Source of the DNA: Botryllus schlosseri
Taxonomy: Eukaryota
DNA: 64,000 nt
NCBI GenBank assembly: GCA_051294905.1
Contig: CM119378.1
Location: 3,970,001-4,034,000 of the forward strand
Reading direction: 5' to 3'
A model generated the notes under the pieces. It ran no database searches, was not told where the DNA came from, and worked only from the letters and a program-made list of their open reading frames with translations. Positions 11,601-25,068 of the stretch are shown in pieces. The position numbers and the translations under genes were made by a program. The stretch's first letter is position 1, and each line of letters starts with the position of its first letter.

Positions 11601-13440
11601 TGTGTTGATCCCCGGCGGTTCCTTATTCCATCAATAAAACCAATTTTGTCATGAAACTCAAATGACTGAAGATATATAGTGGGCCGAAGAAAGAGAAACG
11701 CCTCTGTATCATGCAAACATACCGGCAACTGGCGCATGTCCGTTGCTTGTGTGGTATGCGCTTTGTTAATGATGAATTACTTTACGCAATCACAGACGAA
11801 GACGTCTGCGTCTCTTCTTTCGCCTTATTTGTGAACAACAAATGTGCAAATTACGAAATTTTCATTGTAAGATTCTTTGAAATTGGCCGTTCATGAAGAT
11901 CAAGAGACGGACATTGAACATTTTGACTGCGTCTTGTACTTCTCATGACGACAGCAGACTAACTGTCTCCCCTGCGGAGATGAGCATGGATTAGGATTAG
12001 AATTTGGAAAATTTCGCCTGATTAGGAGTGGATTAGGATTTGAGTATTTTAATGGATTAGGATTAGGATTGAATTCACAGATTGGCGAATGGCAACTATA
12101 AGTTTTTCGTCCTACAACGATTTTACAAAGTTTGTAAAGTTATTACTCCATTTACTTTAAACACTCATTGAGCGTATTATTTCTTTTCACGGAATTATAT
12201 ATAGGCATATGATGTTGGGCCAGTGGTTCTCAACCGCCATTCCGCGACGACTTTCCTGCCGGTCCACAAGGTATATTACGATTTTATACCTTAATTTCAA
12301 GATGCAATATGTTGAAGACTTGTCCATTGATAAAATAAATACAACATCAAATTTTAAACTGATTCAGAACTTCGTGAGGTAACATTTGGTCTCCAAACAT
12401 GTTCGATTTGACGACATGCGAGCGACAAGAACGAGCTGACTCGCTAAACCGTGCATTTTGCACGATCATTCGCTTTCGATTCATTCATTTTGTGCAGGAC
12501 CATAAGTGACGTCCAAACCCCCCAATTAAACCGTAATGGGAGCCCATCTTGAATGGGGCCCAAAGTTATTTCGTGAATTATAGACTCTTTATGTTGAAAC
12601 TTCATCCAAAATTCTTCAATTTTTTTCACCCTATGCCCAACTTAGTGTAACTAAATGCCTTGATTATTATTGGATTTCCTTCCCCCACGAAATAAGAATG
12701 GTTTGTAGGAGCAGGCATTTCGGCGTCAGCCATTACCACGATACGGCGAGCCAACACATGATGAATTTAAGACCTCCGAAAAGTGTGCCATAAATTTGGC
12801 AGCGAGAAAACCTTGATCGAAAAGGACTGCCTTTTGTTCACCAAAAACTTCGATTTGTATAGGCATCTAATGAGCTGGCGCCTAATTTCGCTGTCCTTCA
12901 CTGGTCTCACACATATTTTGAGGCAGACAAAGAAAGAGTGTTTTTGGGGGTTCTGAAGGGCATTGATTCCGAATACGACCTTAGTTTTTTCAAATTGGTT
13001 CTTGTTTTGTTGTTACCCCATGGTGCTATTTTGAACAAAATCTCCTATTTTCGCTTTAATGGCTAGATAGAAAATCTCGTACCATAAAGTTTATAAATTC
13101 ACTCTACTTGGAATTTTTACACACAGAAGACTTTTTTAAATCAAAATACAGCAACACTACTATATTAAGGGATATTAGAGATTTATAGACTTTCACGGAT
13201 ATCATGTACATAAATAAACTCCAGTCATGTATATGTAAGTATTTACCTAGATACTCGAATAACGTGGCATTTATTCAATCAGTTTTTACGTCAACCATCT
13301 GTTGTAAATTTGAAATAATCAGTTCGAATATAATATTATTCATTGACTTTAAAGCACAATTCTTTTTTGTGGCATTTTCGCGTGTTAGCAATTTAGTGCA
13401 GTTTCTCGAAAGGTTCCAGCAATGGTCTGCCATAATATGT

Positions 13441-14281
13441 CAGAGGTGGTCAAAGTAGTCAAGAAAGCTACTCAAGTAGAAGTAGAAGTAGCGATGAAAA
13501 AATCTACTCAAGTACGAGTAGAAGTACTTCTTTCATAAGCCACCTAAAACTACTTGAAGTAGAAGAAGTAGAATTAGAATTGACTTTAAATCTACTCAAG
13601 TAAGTAAGTGAGAGAGAGAGAGAGAGATATGATATTCTTTCTCGCCTGCACCATCGAGATGCTTTGGCGACGGAGTTGCGATACGGCCCCATGAGGTCAT
13701 CTAGTCTGCGCCCCCGTTTTTTTTTCTCCTCCATGCTATCCGTGATTGCTGAGCGCCTAGCAGGATAGCTGCGGATACCAATTTTCGAGTCTTTGGTATG
13801 ACCCGGCCGGGGATCGAACCCACGACCTACCGCTCGAGAAGCCGGACGCATAACCATTACACTATCTCGCTCGGTAAGTAGTTGTGAAAACGATCGTAAT
13901 TCGTTCACAACATTACTACACTTGCTTTTATACTTCGATATGTATGTTCTCCAGACAAAAGAACTGAAACTATAATTAGAACTCAACGTATAATACTCGT
14001 AATTGAAAGACAAATACAAATACTACTTCTAAAAAGCGGAAATATATTTCATGTCTTGTGTCCAGAAAGTTTCAACGGTGGTCTGCTAAAACAGGTCTAA
14101 CGTTTAAAAAAGTCAAAGTCCACTTTTCCAGATTAGGACATGTCATGGGCTTCTAGATATAATAGGTAATTGCGATATTGCGAAACGGCAGTTTCAAACG
14201 TTATGGGGGGCCATACTTACTGTGATGAATTATTAGTTATAGGTGACAATGCGGCGTGAACGGAACCACGCAACCCGGCTA
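13441..14281 (+). mobile_element. Partial copy of the CAGAGGTGGTC hAT family, interrupted by a SINE
   Basis: Homologous to 1219-2140, with an internal deletion. Confidence 0.75.
13610..13873 (-). mobile_element. tRNA-derived SINE with (TC)n tail
   Basis: Minus-strand head has an A box (TAGTGTAATGG) and B box (GGTTCGATCCC), followed by a (TC)n tail. It is flanked by GTAAGT repeats, with the empty site at ~1375. A second copy lies at 61630-61895. Confidence 0.85.
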
Positions 14282-15217
14282 CCCCACAGGACAAATGCCA
14301 TCCCACAGAGAAAACTTATTTTCCAGTGAAGAAATACCAATTTGGAATCGTCTGCGTGTTTTAGTTTAGTACGCTTGGGTGATTTCAATATTTATTCACT
14401 ATATAACAGACAGTCGGCCACGAATTAATGACATGCAACGAAGGAATTGTTCCAACAGGCCCGCCCGAATATGTTTAATTATTATTGATTTCGTGCCCTA
14501 AATTTTCCAAGATGACACCTCACTAAGCTCTATCGGAAAATCTGATAATTCTGAGTGGATAAAAATTTTCTAGCAATATATATGCAAGTAACGCAAGCCC
14601 AACGTTTTTTTTGTGAGGTTGGCTGACTAAGTGCCTTTTCGGCCCTGATTTTGTGGATGGCCATTGGCCAGGTATGGCTGTGGCCGGGCGTTTTCGTGTG
14701 GCGCATTGTATCCGTAGTAGCCAAAGTAGCCTACCTTACGTCTGGTGGCAGTGAGCAATGGACGTTGAGCAAGATAGCACCATATCCTTTATGTATAATA
14801 TATATAGCCTTATAGAGGCTACGGTAGCACGACAAGGTGCTTGGTTCTTCTCTCGATACTGTCAAAGTGAAGAATATTATTCGAGTTGGAGGGGTGGATT
14901 AAATCTACGGCGCGAAAGAATATAAACGACAGTCGGAGGTAGCACCTTTATCTGGGAAAGGCAATTTTACCTCGACTCAGCAGACTCACTATACCATAAA
15001 ATCACATGGATGCCATCATTTACGTAATTAATTACGATGATTAAAACCCTCAAATGTCACTCTTTAGCACCATATAATTGCACAAAACGGATGTATACTT
15101 TACATTTTCGGTTGATTTTAATTTTTGAGAGTTCGCCGATCCGCCGCATATTTTTTTTTTTAATTCTACCGTTTTGCGAGGCGAAAAAGTTTGAAAACCT
15201 CTGATATAGCCATAGGC

Positions 15218-16778
15218 CAGAGGTCTCAAACACGCTCCCCGCGGGGACATTTTGTGCGGCTCGCGACGTCAATTTGGAATTCCAAGTATTCCACAATATA
15301 TTCAAGTGCCATATATCTATTTCAGATTTAATAACTTGAATTTCACACTAAAACCACAAAATCCCGAAATCTCAACAAACTTCTCCGTCACATCACTTTT
15401 AAAAGCTACCAGGCGGTAGAGATCCGCTTTTACGTCATATGTCTAGTTTATGATGCTAAAACGTGACTCGTTGGTGATTCGTGACTGAAAATTGTGATTT
15501 GGTTTGGTGCGACCTTTCGTAAAATGACTCGATTTCGGGTTGATTGGGGGATTTAACGAAAAATGACTCGGGTTGAATCTGGTTAAACGTTAAAATCAGA
15601 GAAGGACTTGCGACTTGGAATGCTGACTTGGTAATCCTACGGACGCAACAAACTATGAAACTGTCGTGGGGAATAGTAATATATCAAAAGTTCGTAGTTT
15701 GCGTTGCGCAGGCTACATAGCTATCTAATCAGGTCAGTGATGGTAACCATTGGCATTCTGTGACCCCCGTGACGTATAGTTGGTTTCATCCTGGATGTTG
15801 TTTGTTGTCTTTATCCATGTTATTATCGGTGGCGAGTAAGGTATAGTAGTAGACGCTGCACAGTGCACAGCTGTAACGCCGATGGGTTCCTCGGCGATTG
15901 GACATTTCTATTCCAGGTTTTTTTTTAACCAATGGTCCGTGAGACCCCTCTGGGGTACGAATCACCATATCAGGGTGTACGAGATGCCATGTGGAGTTCG
16001 GCCTTTATGCAGTGGAATATTTTATTGGCCAATTTATTCAACGGACTTTTTTTCGCGCTATGCGCGATTTTATGTGTAAGGTCTTTCTGATTTTAATATA
16101 GGTACCAACGGAAATTGAGTTGAAATGACAACAGGGGGTACGGTACGAGCAATCTTGCTGAAAGCACAAGGGGTACGATGGATAAAAAGAGTTAAGAAAC
16201 AATGGTATTACTATGGCAAAATGCTGAATATATTTAAGTTGTTGTTGGTATGTTCCAGTATAATCAAAGTCAAATCTAACGCTGAATTAATTTTTCTTTA
16301 GCGATGACAGTAACAATAGCCTATACTTATCACGACTATATCAAAAACCCGGATTAGGGTACACCGCTCAAATGCTTTGTCATCAGGACAATCTTCAGTA
16401 AATTTTAAAATATTCTACATAAAGTTGTGGCACGTCAAAGGTCCACTACCTGCAATATTATAACCCGACACTTTTCCGACGTCATGATGCGTCCTCTGAC
16501 ATGATATCTACAACTCATTATTTTAACAAATTATGCCCGGCACAAAATCAATGATATTCAAATATTTGAAAATGTGATTTTTTTCCGTGTCAAGCGTGAA
16601 TAGTACAATAGTAAATTCCATTTCACGATGTTTGTAGAATGCCTGTCTGCAAGGTCCCGTCAAATAACGCCTACATGGAAATTATACATTGAATATCGCT
16701 ACTGTTGATACTGCGGCTCGTGGCATCATCAAACACTTGGAAATTGGCCCGCGAGCACATTTGAGTTTGAGACCTCTG
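15218..16778 (-). mobile_element. hAT-Charlie-like element (CAGAGGTCTCAAAC TIR), nested
   Basis: CAGAGGTCTCAAAC...GTTTGAGACCTCTG. It is an inverted homolog of 31242-32412. Confidence 0.75.
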
Positions 16779-17321
16779 ATGTAGGCCATAACTTTCTAAG
16801 TGGAATTCCAAGTTTGAATCTGGTTAGGATTGGGATTAGGATTTGAATATGCAAAATTTGTGGATTAGGATTAGGATTTTAGAAGTTTTGGATTTGGATT
16901 GGATTAGAGGACATAGAAATTTCAAATCCGCTCATCTCTGCTCCCCTGACCGCACACCTCTGGTGGTGATTCAGCACGTAATATAACCTAAAATCACCAT
17001 AATATCACTTCTACACCATGTCTTGAAGTTGATTGCACGCACATAACAACGATTCTTACAATAGAATTTGAATCATATCAATCCATGGTAGACATAATTT
17101 TAGGATGTTTTATCAATATATAATTCAATGTCGGTATCAATTGCTCTATATGTCATCCAACCACTCTAAGCTTTTCTGCGGTGGCTTTCAATTATCGTGA
17201 AATTTCTTCGACACCCGCTGGCGCTGTCGACGCGCGCAGCAATGACTTCAAGCCGCAAATTGAATTATCTCTCCGCGCGGATCAGCAATCCGAATGGACT
17301 TGAAATGGAGATGGCAGAATC

Positions 17322-19059
17322 TCAACTTGGCAGGTTATATCCATTCGATTTGAGATATATCCGAAAAGCATATCTCAATAATTTAGATGCTTCTCTCAAT
17401 GTGCATATCTCGTGTGGATGGGTGTTACCCATGCAATTACATGCTTCCAAACTTAACTTCTCGACTTCGCTCTTCTGTTTGAATCTCCTGAAATAGATAG
17501 AATACATGACACATGTCAATCGATTATTTGCTCGCAATCATCAATTTAATTCTGCACATTGGCATGCAACCAGCATCTGTCATTTCAGCAACAGGTCATA
17601 CCAAGACATAGCAACAAAAGACGTTGGCTGGAGATGAACACCGATGACATTTGCTTATTATACTTACTTTGACACCCTACAAATAAACCAATGAGCCAAT
17701 CCGCAGGCATGAAGTTCGGTTCCGAAACCTATGCACTCTTGATCCTCACATATGCTAGACAACCCGCAGATTGCCAGCTAACATCGAGTAGTGCTCATCC
17801 GCGTTGTAGGATGCCTGAACAGATCGTATTTTATACGCATAGAGGGGGATACTGTCGGGTATAGGTTGCTTACATGAGAATAAATCCTCGTTCTGGGCGA
17901 GATCGAGCAGCCACGCAGACAAGTATGTTATGTTGTCAGCCGATATTATGAAGGAGTTGAGTCTCGCGAACCACGGTAGTTTAGTTACAGTCAGTATATA
18001 TGCGTATGGTACACAAAGGGTTAAGAAGCAATGATACCACAGATATATATGAAGTGAATGGTACATTTCGTGAAATCTTTTGGATTTAGGTCGAATGCGG
18101 TGGCTTTCTGAGAGGTATGGCTGCTGCCCAAAAGTTTTTTTTACACTCTCAACGTCATATCTCGAATGCAGTGCCCCTTGACGAAAACTTTGTATGGCGG
18201 ACACGTTGGTGGATTTGGAAAGCTATATTAACGATCGACTATACTATAGGCTTACCATATTTTGGAAATCAAAAAAGAGGACACTTTTTCAGAAATTTTC
18301 AACTTGCGAAACCGGAGTGAAATTCTCAAAAACCGGTTAATTTTTCCCACTTTGTGATCGGTTGACTAAAAAAATAAAAAAAAAGGTCATCTTTTCGCCC
18401 AGAGCTAAAATCACCGTTTTTCACTCCGAAATACCCGTCGGAGCTTCACTTCTGTGCTGATATGCGGCATATCACTCGCAATTTGCTCTAAATCTGCTCT
18501 AAATCTCAAAAAAGAGGACAAAAGGGCGTCCTCCGAGGACACTTTCAAAAAAGTCAAAAAAGAGGACAAATCCTCTTAAAAGAGGACGTATGGTAAGCCT
18601 ACTATACTACGCTTAAGTGATATATATGCATGTTTGTCAAGTTCGCATGCACTTTGTTAGGTCTTTTCCAGAAAGTAAATTAGGATGAGTCGCTCTTTAC
18701 CCAAATGTTAGAAAAAAGCTGCCAAGCTGTAAGAAAGAGCGAGTGCAGCCAGTAGTGGATTCGGGTCCTGTTTAATGAGCTCGACAACATGCGACCCTGA
18801 AGAACAAGCATCCGCCGTTCCGTTTTCATTACACAGCTTGTATCCATCCATCCTCTCGACAAGGTAGGCTACCTAATGAAAACATCAATATAAGAATAAA
18901 ACTTATTGAATTTTCTTGGTTATTTACCTTATTCGGAGGTCTGCTACGCATGATCCGGGAATTCTGGTTATACCTCGGAGTCCGCGCAATTTAACGGGAT
19001 GCATTATTTCTCTCCTGGCGGAGTTCTACTTATATTCCTCCACCACGGTACGGTATAGT
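17322..19059 (-). pseudogene. Duplicated, decayed copy of the PKDCC-like kinase gene (exons 2-6 only)
   Basis: Homologous to 50635-53308 but lacks exon 1. It has a TAG at 19026-19028 plus a frameshift in exon 2 and a TAA at 18708-18710 in exon 3. Almost all of exon 4 (catalytic loop and DAD motif) is deleted near 17893, and exon 5 has a ~44-nt frameshifting deletion near 17760. Confidence 0.85.
18247..18601. mobile_element. hAT-type MITE (TAGGCTTACCATA TIR)
   Basis: TAGGCTTACCATA...TATGGTAAGCCTA with a perfect 8-bp TSD CTATACTA. Absent from copy C (~52858). A related end lies at ~4600-4803. Confidence 0.9.
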
Positions 19060-19756
19060 CTGGATAAAGAATTTAACTGATTTGGAGTGTGATTGATTTC
19101 CCAGTATAGGATTACGACACAAACATATAAGGATACGATAGCATGAAACTTGGCAAATATAGATGCCATGCACACTGTCCACAACAATCCACCGCGTTCA
19201 ATCCATATTAACCGTAACGAGCACGCCAGAAATGACAAGCGACCATCCGATAGACCGCAGCCAACTTGTGGGCACTTGTCGCTCGCCGGTTATCAGTTCC
19301 GTGCAGCGTTGGCGGTCGGTACGTCGAATTTAGAAAAAATCGAGCGAATTATAGCCTCTAAATTAAAATCCTAATTTCTGGGAATGAAGATCCGGGTCAG
19401 ATTCGAAGCCAGTCGCGATGATCAGCTGTTAACTGAATCATATGATCCACGAGAGCCACATAAGACTGTTTTGATGCTGACGTGTGGCTGCCAGAGAAAT
19501 AGAAGCGGACAATCATCCAGTAGGATGATTATCACGTTATCACTTTCGTGTCTGCACATAATGCAGATCAGTTAGTTGTGGCGTGGCTAGAACTCGACGA
19601 CCGGCAGTCATTGTTACTCCAACCAGACGCCCCATCGACCACAATCAATTCACCATCAGATTCGCACCAGACACCATCCAAACCAAGACCTGTGTACGCA
19701 ACCTAGGTGTTGACTTTGACGACACGCTTTCAATGGAAAACATATCGACTATATAT

Positions 19757-20340
19757 TAGGGCTGTTCAAAAATAACTTTTTTTCCCGGATTCCAGCCATT
19801 CACTGATTAAATTGTCAGGTTACCCTAAAAAATGCTGCACACCAAATTTGGTTCAATTCTAACAAGTATAGGACTCCACAGATCCAATTAAAATTTTTAA
19901 TTTACTATGGAAAATTTAAAAAAAAAATTCAAATTTTTCTGCCAACCCCATGAAATTGTTGAGCTGTCTTCAAAGACGTTGCAGTTATGGAGTTATGTGT
20001 GTTTTTCGATGATGATCCTCGGATTATCCTTGATCGGTGGATATTCCGCGATTTATCAACGAAAAACTCATATAACTCCGCTTCTACTGGCCGGAATTGA
20101 CTCAAATTTGTTTTGCAGCGTCTTTGAAGACAGCTCAACAATTTCGTGGGGTTGGCAGAAAAATTTGAAATTTTTTTTTTCAATTTTTTTATAATAAATT
20201 AAAATTTTTAATTGGATCTGCAGAGTCCTATACTTGTTAGCACTGAACCAAATTTGGTGTGCAGCATTTTTTAGGGTAACCTGACAATTTAATCTGTGAA
20301 TGGCTGGAATCCGGAAAAAAGTTATTTTTGAACAGCCCTA
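19757..20340. mobile_element. Palindromic foldback MITE, hAT-like
   Basis: TAGGGCTGTTCAAAAATAAC...GTTATTTTTGAACAGCCCTA, self-complementary along nearly its whole length, with a perfect 8-bp TSD CTATATAT. Confidence 0.92.
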
Positions 20341-20438
20341 CTATATATCTAAGATCTGTTTCATGTATATCCACAAGATCAGTCGAATCAGGAATTACCT
20401 ATCTGAGGATACATGCAAAATTACAATACTGTCGCTGG

Positions 20439-20882
20439 TACGGTTGCGTTTAAAACTAACGGTGTTTTAAAGCTCTTCGTTTAAAACATGTTTTAAATAG
20501 TGTTTTAAATAAAGGCCTTTAAAAAAAATTGTGATTTTGTTGTAAAATTATGCTATAATTGTGCAAATACTTTCCAAAAAACATTTTGTATGAGTCTACG
20601 GTCAATTACCACCCGATATAGCCGACGTGTATCGATATCGGATGGTTGGAGCCCGCAAAATAGTCGGTTCAACATTAATAGAACAGATATCTCGTGAAAG
20701 GAGCTATATTTACCCTATATTTTCAATTGTCCATGCCAATCCACTATGACGTCACAATAGAATGTTTGTGACGTCATGGCTTTAAAAAAAACAAAAAAAC
20801 GCAATAAAAAACATGTTTTGAATAAGGGCTTTGCTTTAAAAATGTTTGTTTTAACTTGATTTTTGTTTTCAATGGAACCCTA
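20439..20882. mobile_element. AT-rich MITE inserted in the LINE
   Basis: It interrupts the LINE reading frame. Degenerate TIR TACGGTTGCGTTTAAAAC / GTTTTCAATGGAACCCTA. Confidence 0.6.
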
Positions 20883-21444
20883 GTCTCCGATGATATCACG
20901 GCTTGACTATGGAAATGCTCTGCTTTTCGGGGTAAACCAAAATTGCACCGACAAGCTACAGAAGATCCAAAACATGGCTGCTCATTTGATAACTCGGCCA
21001 AGGAAGCGTGATCACGTGACGCCGATTCTTAGATCCCTTCATTGGCTACCCGTAAAATTTAGGTCTGAATACAATAAGCTTCTGTATGTTTTCAAATGCA
21101 TGGAGGGAAGTGCACCAGTGTATCTTCGTGAGCTAGTGACAATCTACAATCCCAGAAGAGAGTTGCGTTCTCAATCGCAGAAACTCTTGTCAGTTACAAG
21201 AGTCAAAACATCGACCGTGGAACAATCTTCCATTTTCTATCAGACTTTCTGACTCGCTATAGGATTTATTATTGTTATATTCGGCGCTCTATAGATTAAT
21301 ATTATATCATTTTATTATCATATCAAGCGAATGGGCAGAACGTTCATCAAAAGTGAATGTGCGAATATAGACTTACTTATAGGTAATACCGCGATGATGC
21401 AGTCAGGAATCCCGGAGTTCTATATATCCCTGACTATACAAACC

Positions 21445-24400
21445 GAGTAAAGATAGAACATCGTGATACGGATTGATCATAGTATATATTGAGCTGTCGT
21501 GAGGTGGTTGTTAGCATAATGCATACAAGAAAATAAAGGAATATTAATTCAATTATAAAAAGATGTTTGAAATTTGGTGTGGAAATAAATATAGATAAGG
21601 GGTGTTGTCAGATTAGATGTTATATAATATCTAATGGTCTGGTCATTTAACCAAGCTAAGTATTGTACATACAAGTCAAATCCGGAAGCGTGATCCGAGG
21701 TTATCGAAAAGAATTCAAAGATTGGGTGCATTGTAATAATTTTAGAAACCTTGTGTATAAAAGCAACTTATTACTGCAACATTTATTAAAATAAGTGCAA
21801 CTTTCACGATTTTAGTGCAACAAAAACTTGCCCTATGGATTAATGGAATTCATAATATACAGGACAGCATTTATTATGCCTGCTATAAATCAAGTGCTAT
21901 TTTCACACTGATTCCGAAAATCCTAATATTAATATTTCAGAGCACAAGACCTCCTCAAAATCGCCAAGAAATGTGAAATTCGGCATTGCTATAATGACAG
22001 CACAGAGGAACAATAATCATTTGAGGTACAGATCAATCTGCCCTGCTTGATTGTTTGGTAACATTCTGACATTCGCAGCGCAGTGCAACAAAGCGCAATT
22101 GACTTCGCAAACCGACGGTATCATGGAGTTGCCATAGCCAGCATGTAATGCAGAGAGGAAATGATTTCCTTTACCGATGTAGATGTTATGTGTTTTAACT
22201 CAATACCTACCTTCAAATGTGGATATATAGTTGTTCCTCGTAGCCTGAAACCGAAGAATGCTAATGACTCATGAGATATGAAATAACAAGTAGCTAGATC
22301 TGCTAGGACATTGGTAATACTCTTGCTGACAGCGAGGGAGACCTGACCTCGATTCCCTGTGGGTCAAAGAGTTTTAACAATTTTACTGGTTTCAATTATT
22401 CAGATCTCAGTTTATACAAATGTAAATAACGAGCTAATTACGTAAAATTATTTTGATAAAGCTAACACATCGAAGCAGAAAGATACAGCTCAGCAAAATC
22501 GTAAGGGCAAATATATATATATATATATAACAATACGTTCAGGACGGGCTTATTGCTGGGATAGGTCAGTTAATTCAGTTGGAAGCATTCTCATTCAGGA
22601 GTGCCCCCTACTTTGCACCCCTTCTGACCCTGCCTTTGTCTGCGCAAATTTTAGGTCACGCGACGCCTTTCCAAACTGGCGGTCCAGTCGCCCGCCAATT
22701 CACGGATATCTCTAATTTGATTGATACATCTGCTACAGTCGATAGAACGCTTCATCTCGGAACTGCAGTCGCGAAAGAAATGTCTTATCGAGGAAGTAGA
22801 CGCGTTGGTGGCCATGGAAAGCAACGACAAGCACAAAGTTCGGCAAACTATAAAAGTTAGTGAATCCACGAAAAATCCGTGACGCCGCAAAAAACCAAAA
22901 CCTTCTCAGTTCACGACTGACGACGAAAATGTCGTGCTTTCCGCAATACGCAATTTTGGTGTCGTTTCCGCGCCTCCGCAGCTCACATTGGGGGATGACA
23001 TGGCTACGGAAGGGGTCCCAAGAGGCACGACTGGCGGCCCGCGGACATTAGGTTTACTCGGATTTTGTTTTCGCATACTTGAATAGATTTTGCTCATAAT
23101 GGCAAGCATCGGGGCATTAACGCTATATCCTGAAATGTTAATAATATATGATGCCGCGATTGGCTAATGATACAGGGGTGCATTTTTTAAATATTACAGT
23201 AGAAATATGTCGTTATAACCGACCTCATAGCACGGGTAGGATAGAGTTATGCAGTGGGTAAATAATTCTTTATGTTGCATATCATGCAGGCACACCAATA
23301 TCGGTCAGCGGGGTCAGTGACGAAGTAGCCTACTTGATCACAGATACCCCCTTATGGCGTAAAGTCGATACATCATGTTTTTCTACCATTTGCATTCTTT
23401 GGAACCATTCTATAGTTTGAAATGGATTTTGAAAGTAGTCACAAGTTTGTGAAAATGAACAATGTTGTGCAATTTCATTGGACTAATATTATTCATAAAG
23501 CTGTAAATCAGCAAAACGCATGCTGAGCAATGCAGTAGCCAGACACCAGCTAATAACCTGTTATAAAGCTTCGTGTTGCTTCATCGATGCTTCAGTCGGG
23601 TACAATAGGCTACGAACTTACACAGATGGCACTGTATGACATGTTTCATCACAGCAAATATGACCCAGCAAAACATTTGGAATCAACGTATCGTAATCTA
23701 ACATCTAACTTTCGCAACGTCATCTAGCAGCACATGACGTGTCCTGATCAAAATATCAGGCCCTGTTTTAGCAGACCTAGCAGACCATTTATGGACAAAT
23801 ACACGAAACATATTCCGTTTTTTGAACATTGTATTGTTATTTTTATGCACGGTATCAGCATCCTTGAGTTCTTATAATGAAATTGAGTTTTTTGGAGCAC
23901 ATGCATGCAGTGTTTAGATCAAGTAACTACCTTCGAGTCAAAAGTCATCTCGAGTCAATGCACATTTTGACTCGAGTCATGTCAAGTCATGCCAATCGAT
24001 TTTTGAAGCTGAGTCGAGCCAATTACCAAGTCAAGTCACTCGATTCTTGGAGGTGACTCGAGTCGAGTCAAGTCACGAGCGCAAGTGACAATTCAAGTCA
24101 AGTCGTCATTTTGAAGCACGAGGCGTGATTAGGTCATTGCATTCGCCATCGAGGATCACATTAAGAATTGAATAGACATGCAAAAAGATGTTGTATAGCC
24201 AGAGGTGGTCAAAGTATTCAAGAAAGCTACTCAAGTAGAAGTAGAAGTAGCGACGCAAAAATCTGTACAAGTACGAGTAGAAGTAGTCCTTTTAGAAGCA
24301 GCCTAAAACTACTTGAAGTAGAAGTAGCATTGACTGACTTTAAATCTACTCAAGTAAGTAAGTAGTTGTCAAAACGATCGTATATAATTCGTTCGCATAG

Positions 24401-24647
24401 ACTATCAACAGCTGCAAATTGCACTATGTGAAAGGTGCAGAACTTGATTCATATTGATGCATCCCAGGAGGTATAAATTGTTGACAGCAAAAGCATTCGT
24501 CCACATCATGGGATGAAAATGATAGCATTGATATGGGAATGCGATACTGATCCACTGTTTACTCGAACAAACACCCCGATTTAGAAAATATCATGGTATG
24601 GCCCTCTCGCCCTCCCACATATTTAAAGCCCATAGTTTCGTCGAGGT
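21445..24647 (+). repeat. Truncated third duplication copy B
   Basis: Matches 25487-26388 joined to 34149-~36550 (and 1-~1650). It breaks off inside the nested hAT elements. Confidence 0.9.
22655..23051 (+). pseudogene. Truncated third copy (B) of the NHL gene, coiled-coil exons only
   Basis: Exons 22739-22855 and 22910-23051 are homologous to 60-176 and 237-378. The preceding exon has a ~78-bp deletion relative to 34715-34819, and the upstream donor reads GA instead of GT (~22599). Homology stops at ~24647, so the linker and NHL exons are absent. Confidence 0.8.
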
Positions 24648-25068
24648 GCGCGCACTCACCAACTCACTGCGCGGTCCCTTGGACGACAGTGCGTGTCGAC
24701 TAAAAAAAAGGTCATCACTTCGGTTTTGTTTTGTGCGCAGCTTAGATTTTCTGTGCGCGGAGACCATGTCAGCACTGCGCAATTGCGCACATGCACAGCT
24801 TAGAGGGAACATTGGTCATCACTACCATCACTATCTGATGAATTGAACGCTTTGGACGACAAGCGCCTAGCCGCACAAAGCGACTGAATTGTGTCCATGA
24901 ACACTATCCACGCACTTGAAGTATGCTTCCTATACAAGCCTATTACAGAAAACTCCGTTACTGCGTAAGCGACTGCGACAAGCGTAATCTTAGCCTGCGA
25001 GAAATTTGTTGATTAGCGCGAGCTACTCAGGAGACGACCGTTCACGACGACGCCCAATCACCAATCGT

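Larger units (their letters stand above)
11975..16940. mobile_element. ~5-kb composite hAT-type element with nested insertions
   Basis: TIR CGGAGATGAGC...GCTCATCTCTG, GGATTA subterminal repeats and a perfect 8-bp TSD CTCCCCTG (11967-11974/16941-16948). The empty site is at ~50148-50155. Confidence 0.9.
1..19604 (+). repeat. Segmental duplication unit, copy A
   Basis: Colinear with 34823-53882 through exons, introns and shared old transposons. Homology ends at GACCGG 19604/53882. The copies differ by point changes and copy-specific insertions. Confidence 0.95.
19605..21250 (+). mobile_element. 5'-truncated L2/CR1-group LINE fragment split by two MITEs
   Basis: Removing the insertions gives VRNLGVDFDDTLSM..HIDYISKICFMYIHKISRIRNYLSEDTCK...ISRLDYGNALLFGV...KLQKIQNMAAHLI...HVTPILRSLHWLPV, the characteristic L2-type ORF2 C-terminus. 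Confidence 0.9.

Noticed and set aside
13800..13873. tRNA-like sequence with A and B boxes
   Set aside because: It continues into a shared body and (TC)n tail in two copies, so it is a SINE head rather than a tRNA gene.
13504..14019. 171-aa ORF, the longest in the track
   Set aside because: A chance read-through across a hAT fragment, a SINE and a microsatellite.
17755..18204. 149-aa minus-strand ORF
   Set aside because: Mostly intron sequence of the kinase pseudogene fused by a deletion. It is not open in copy C.
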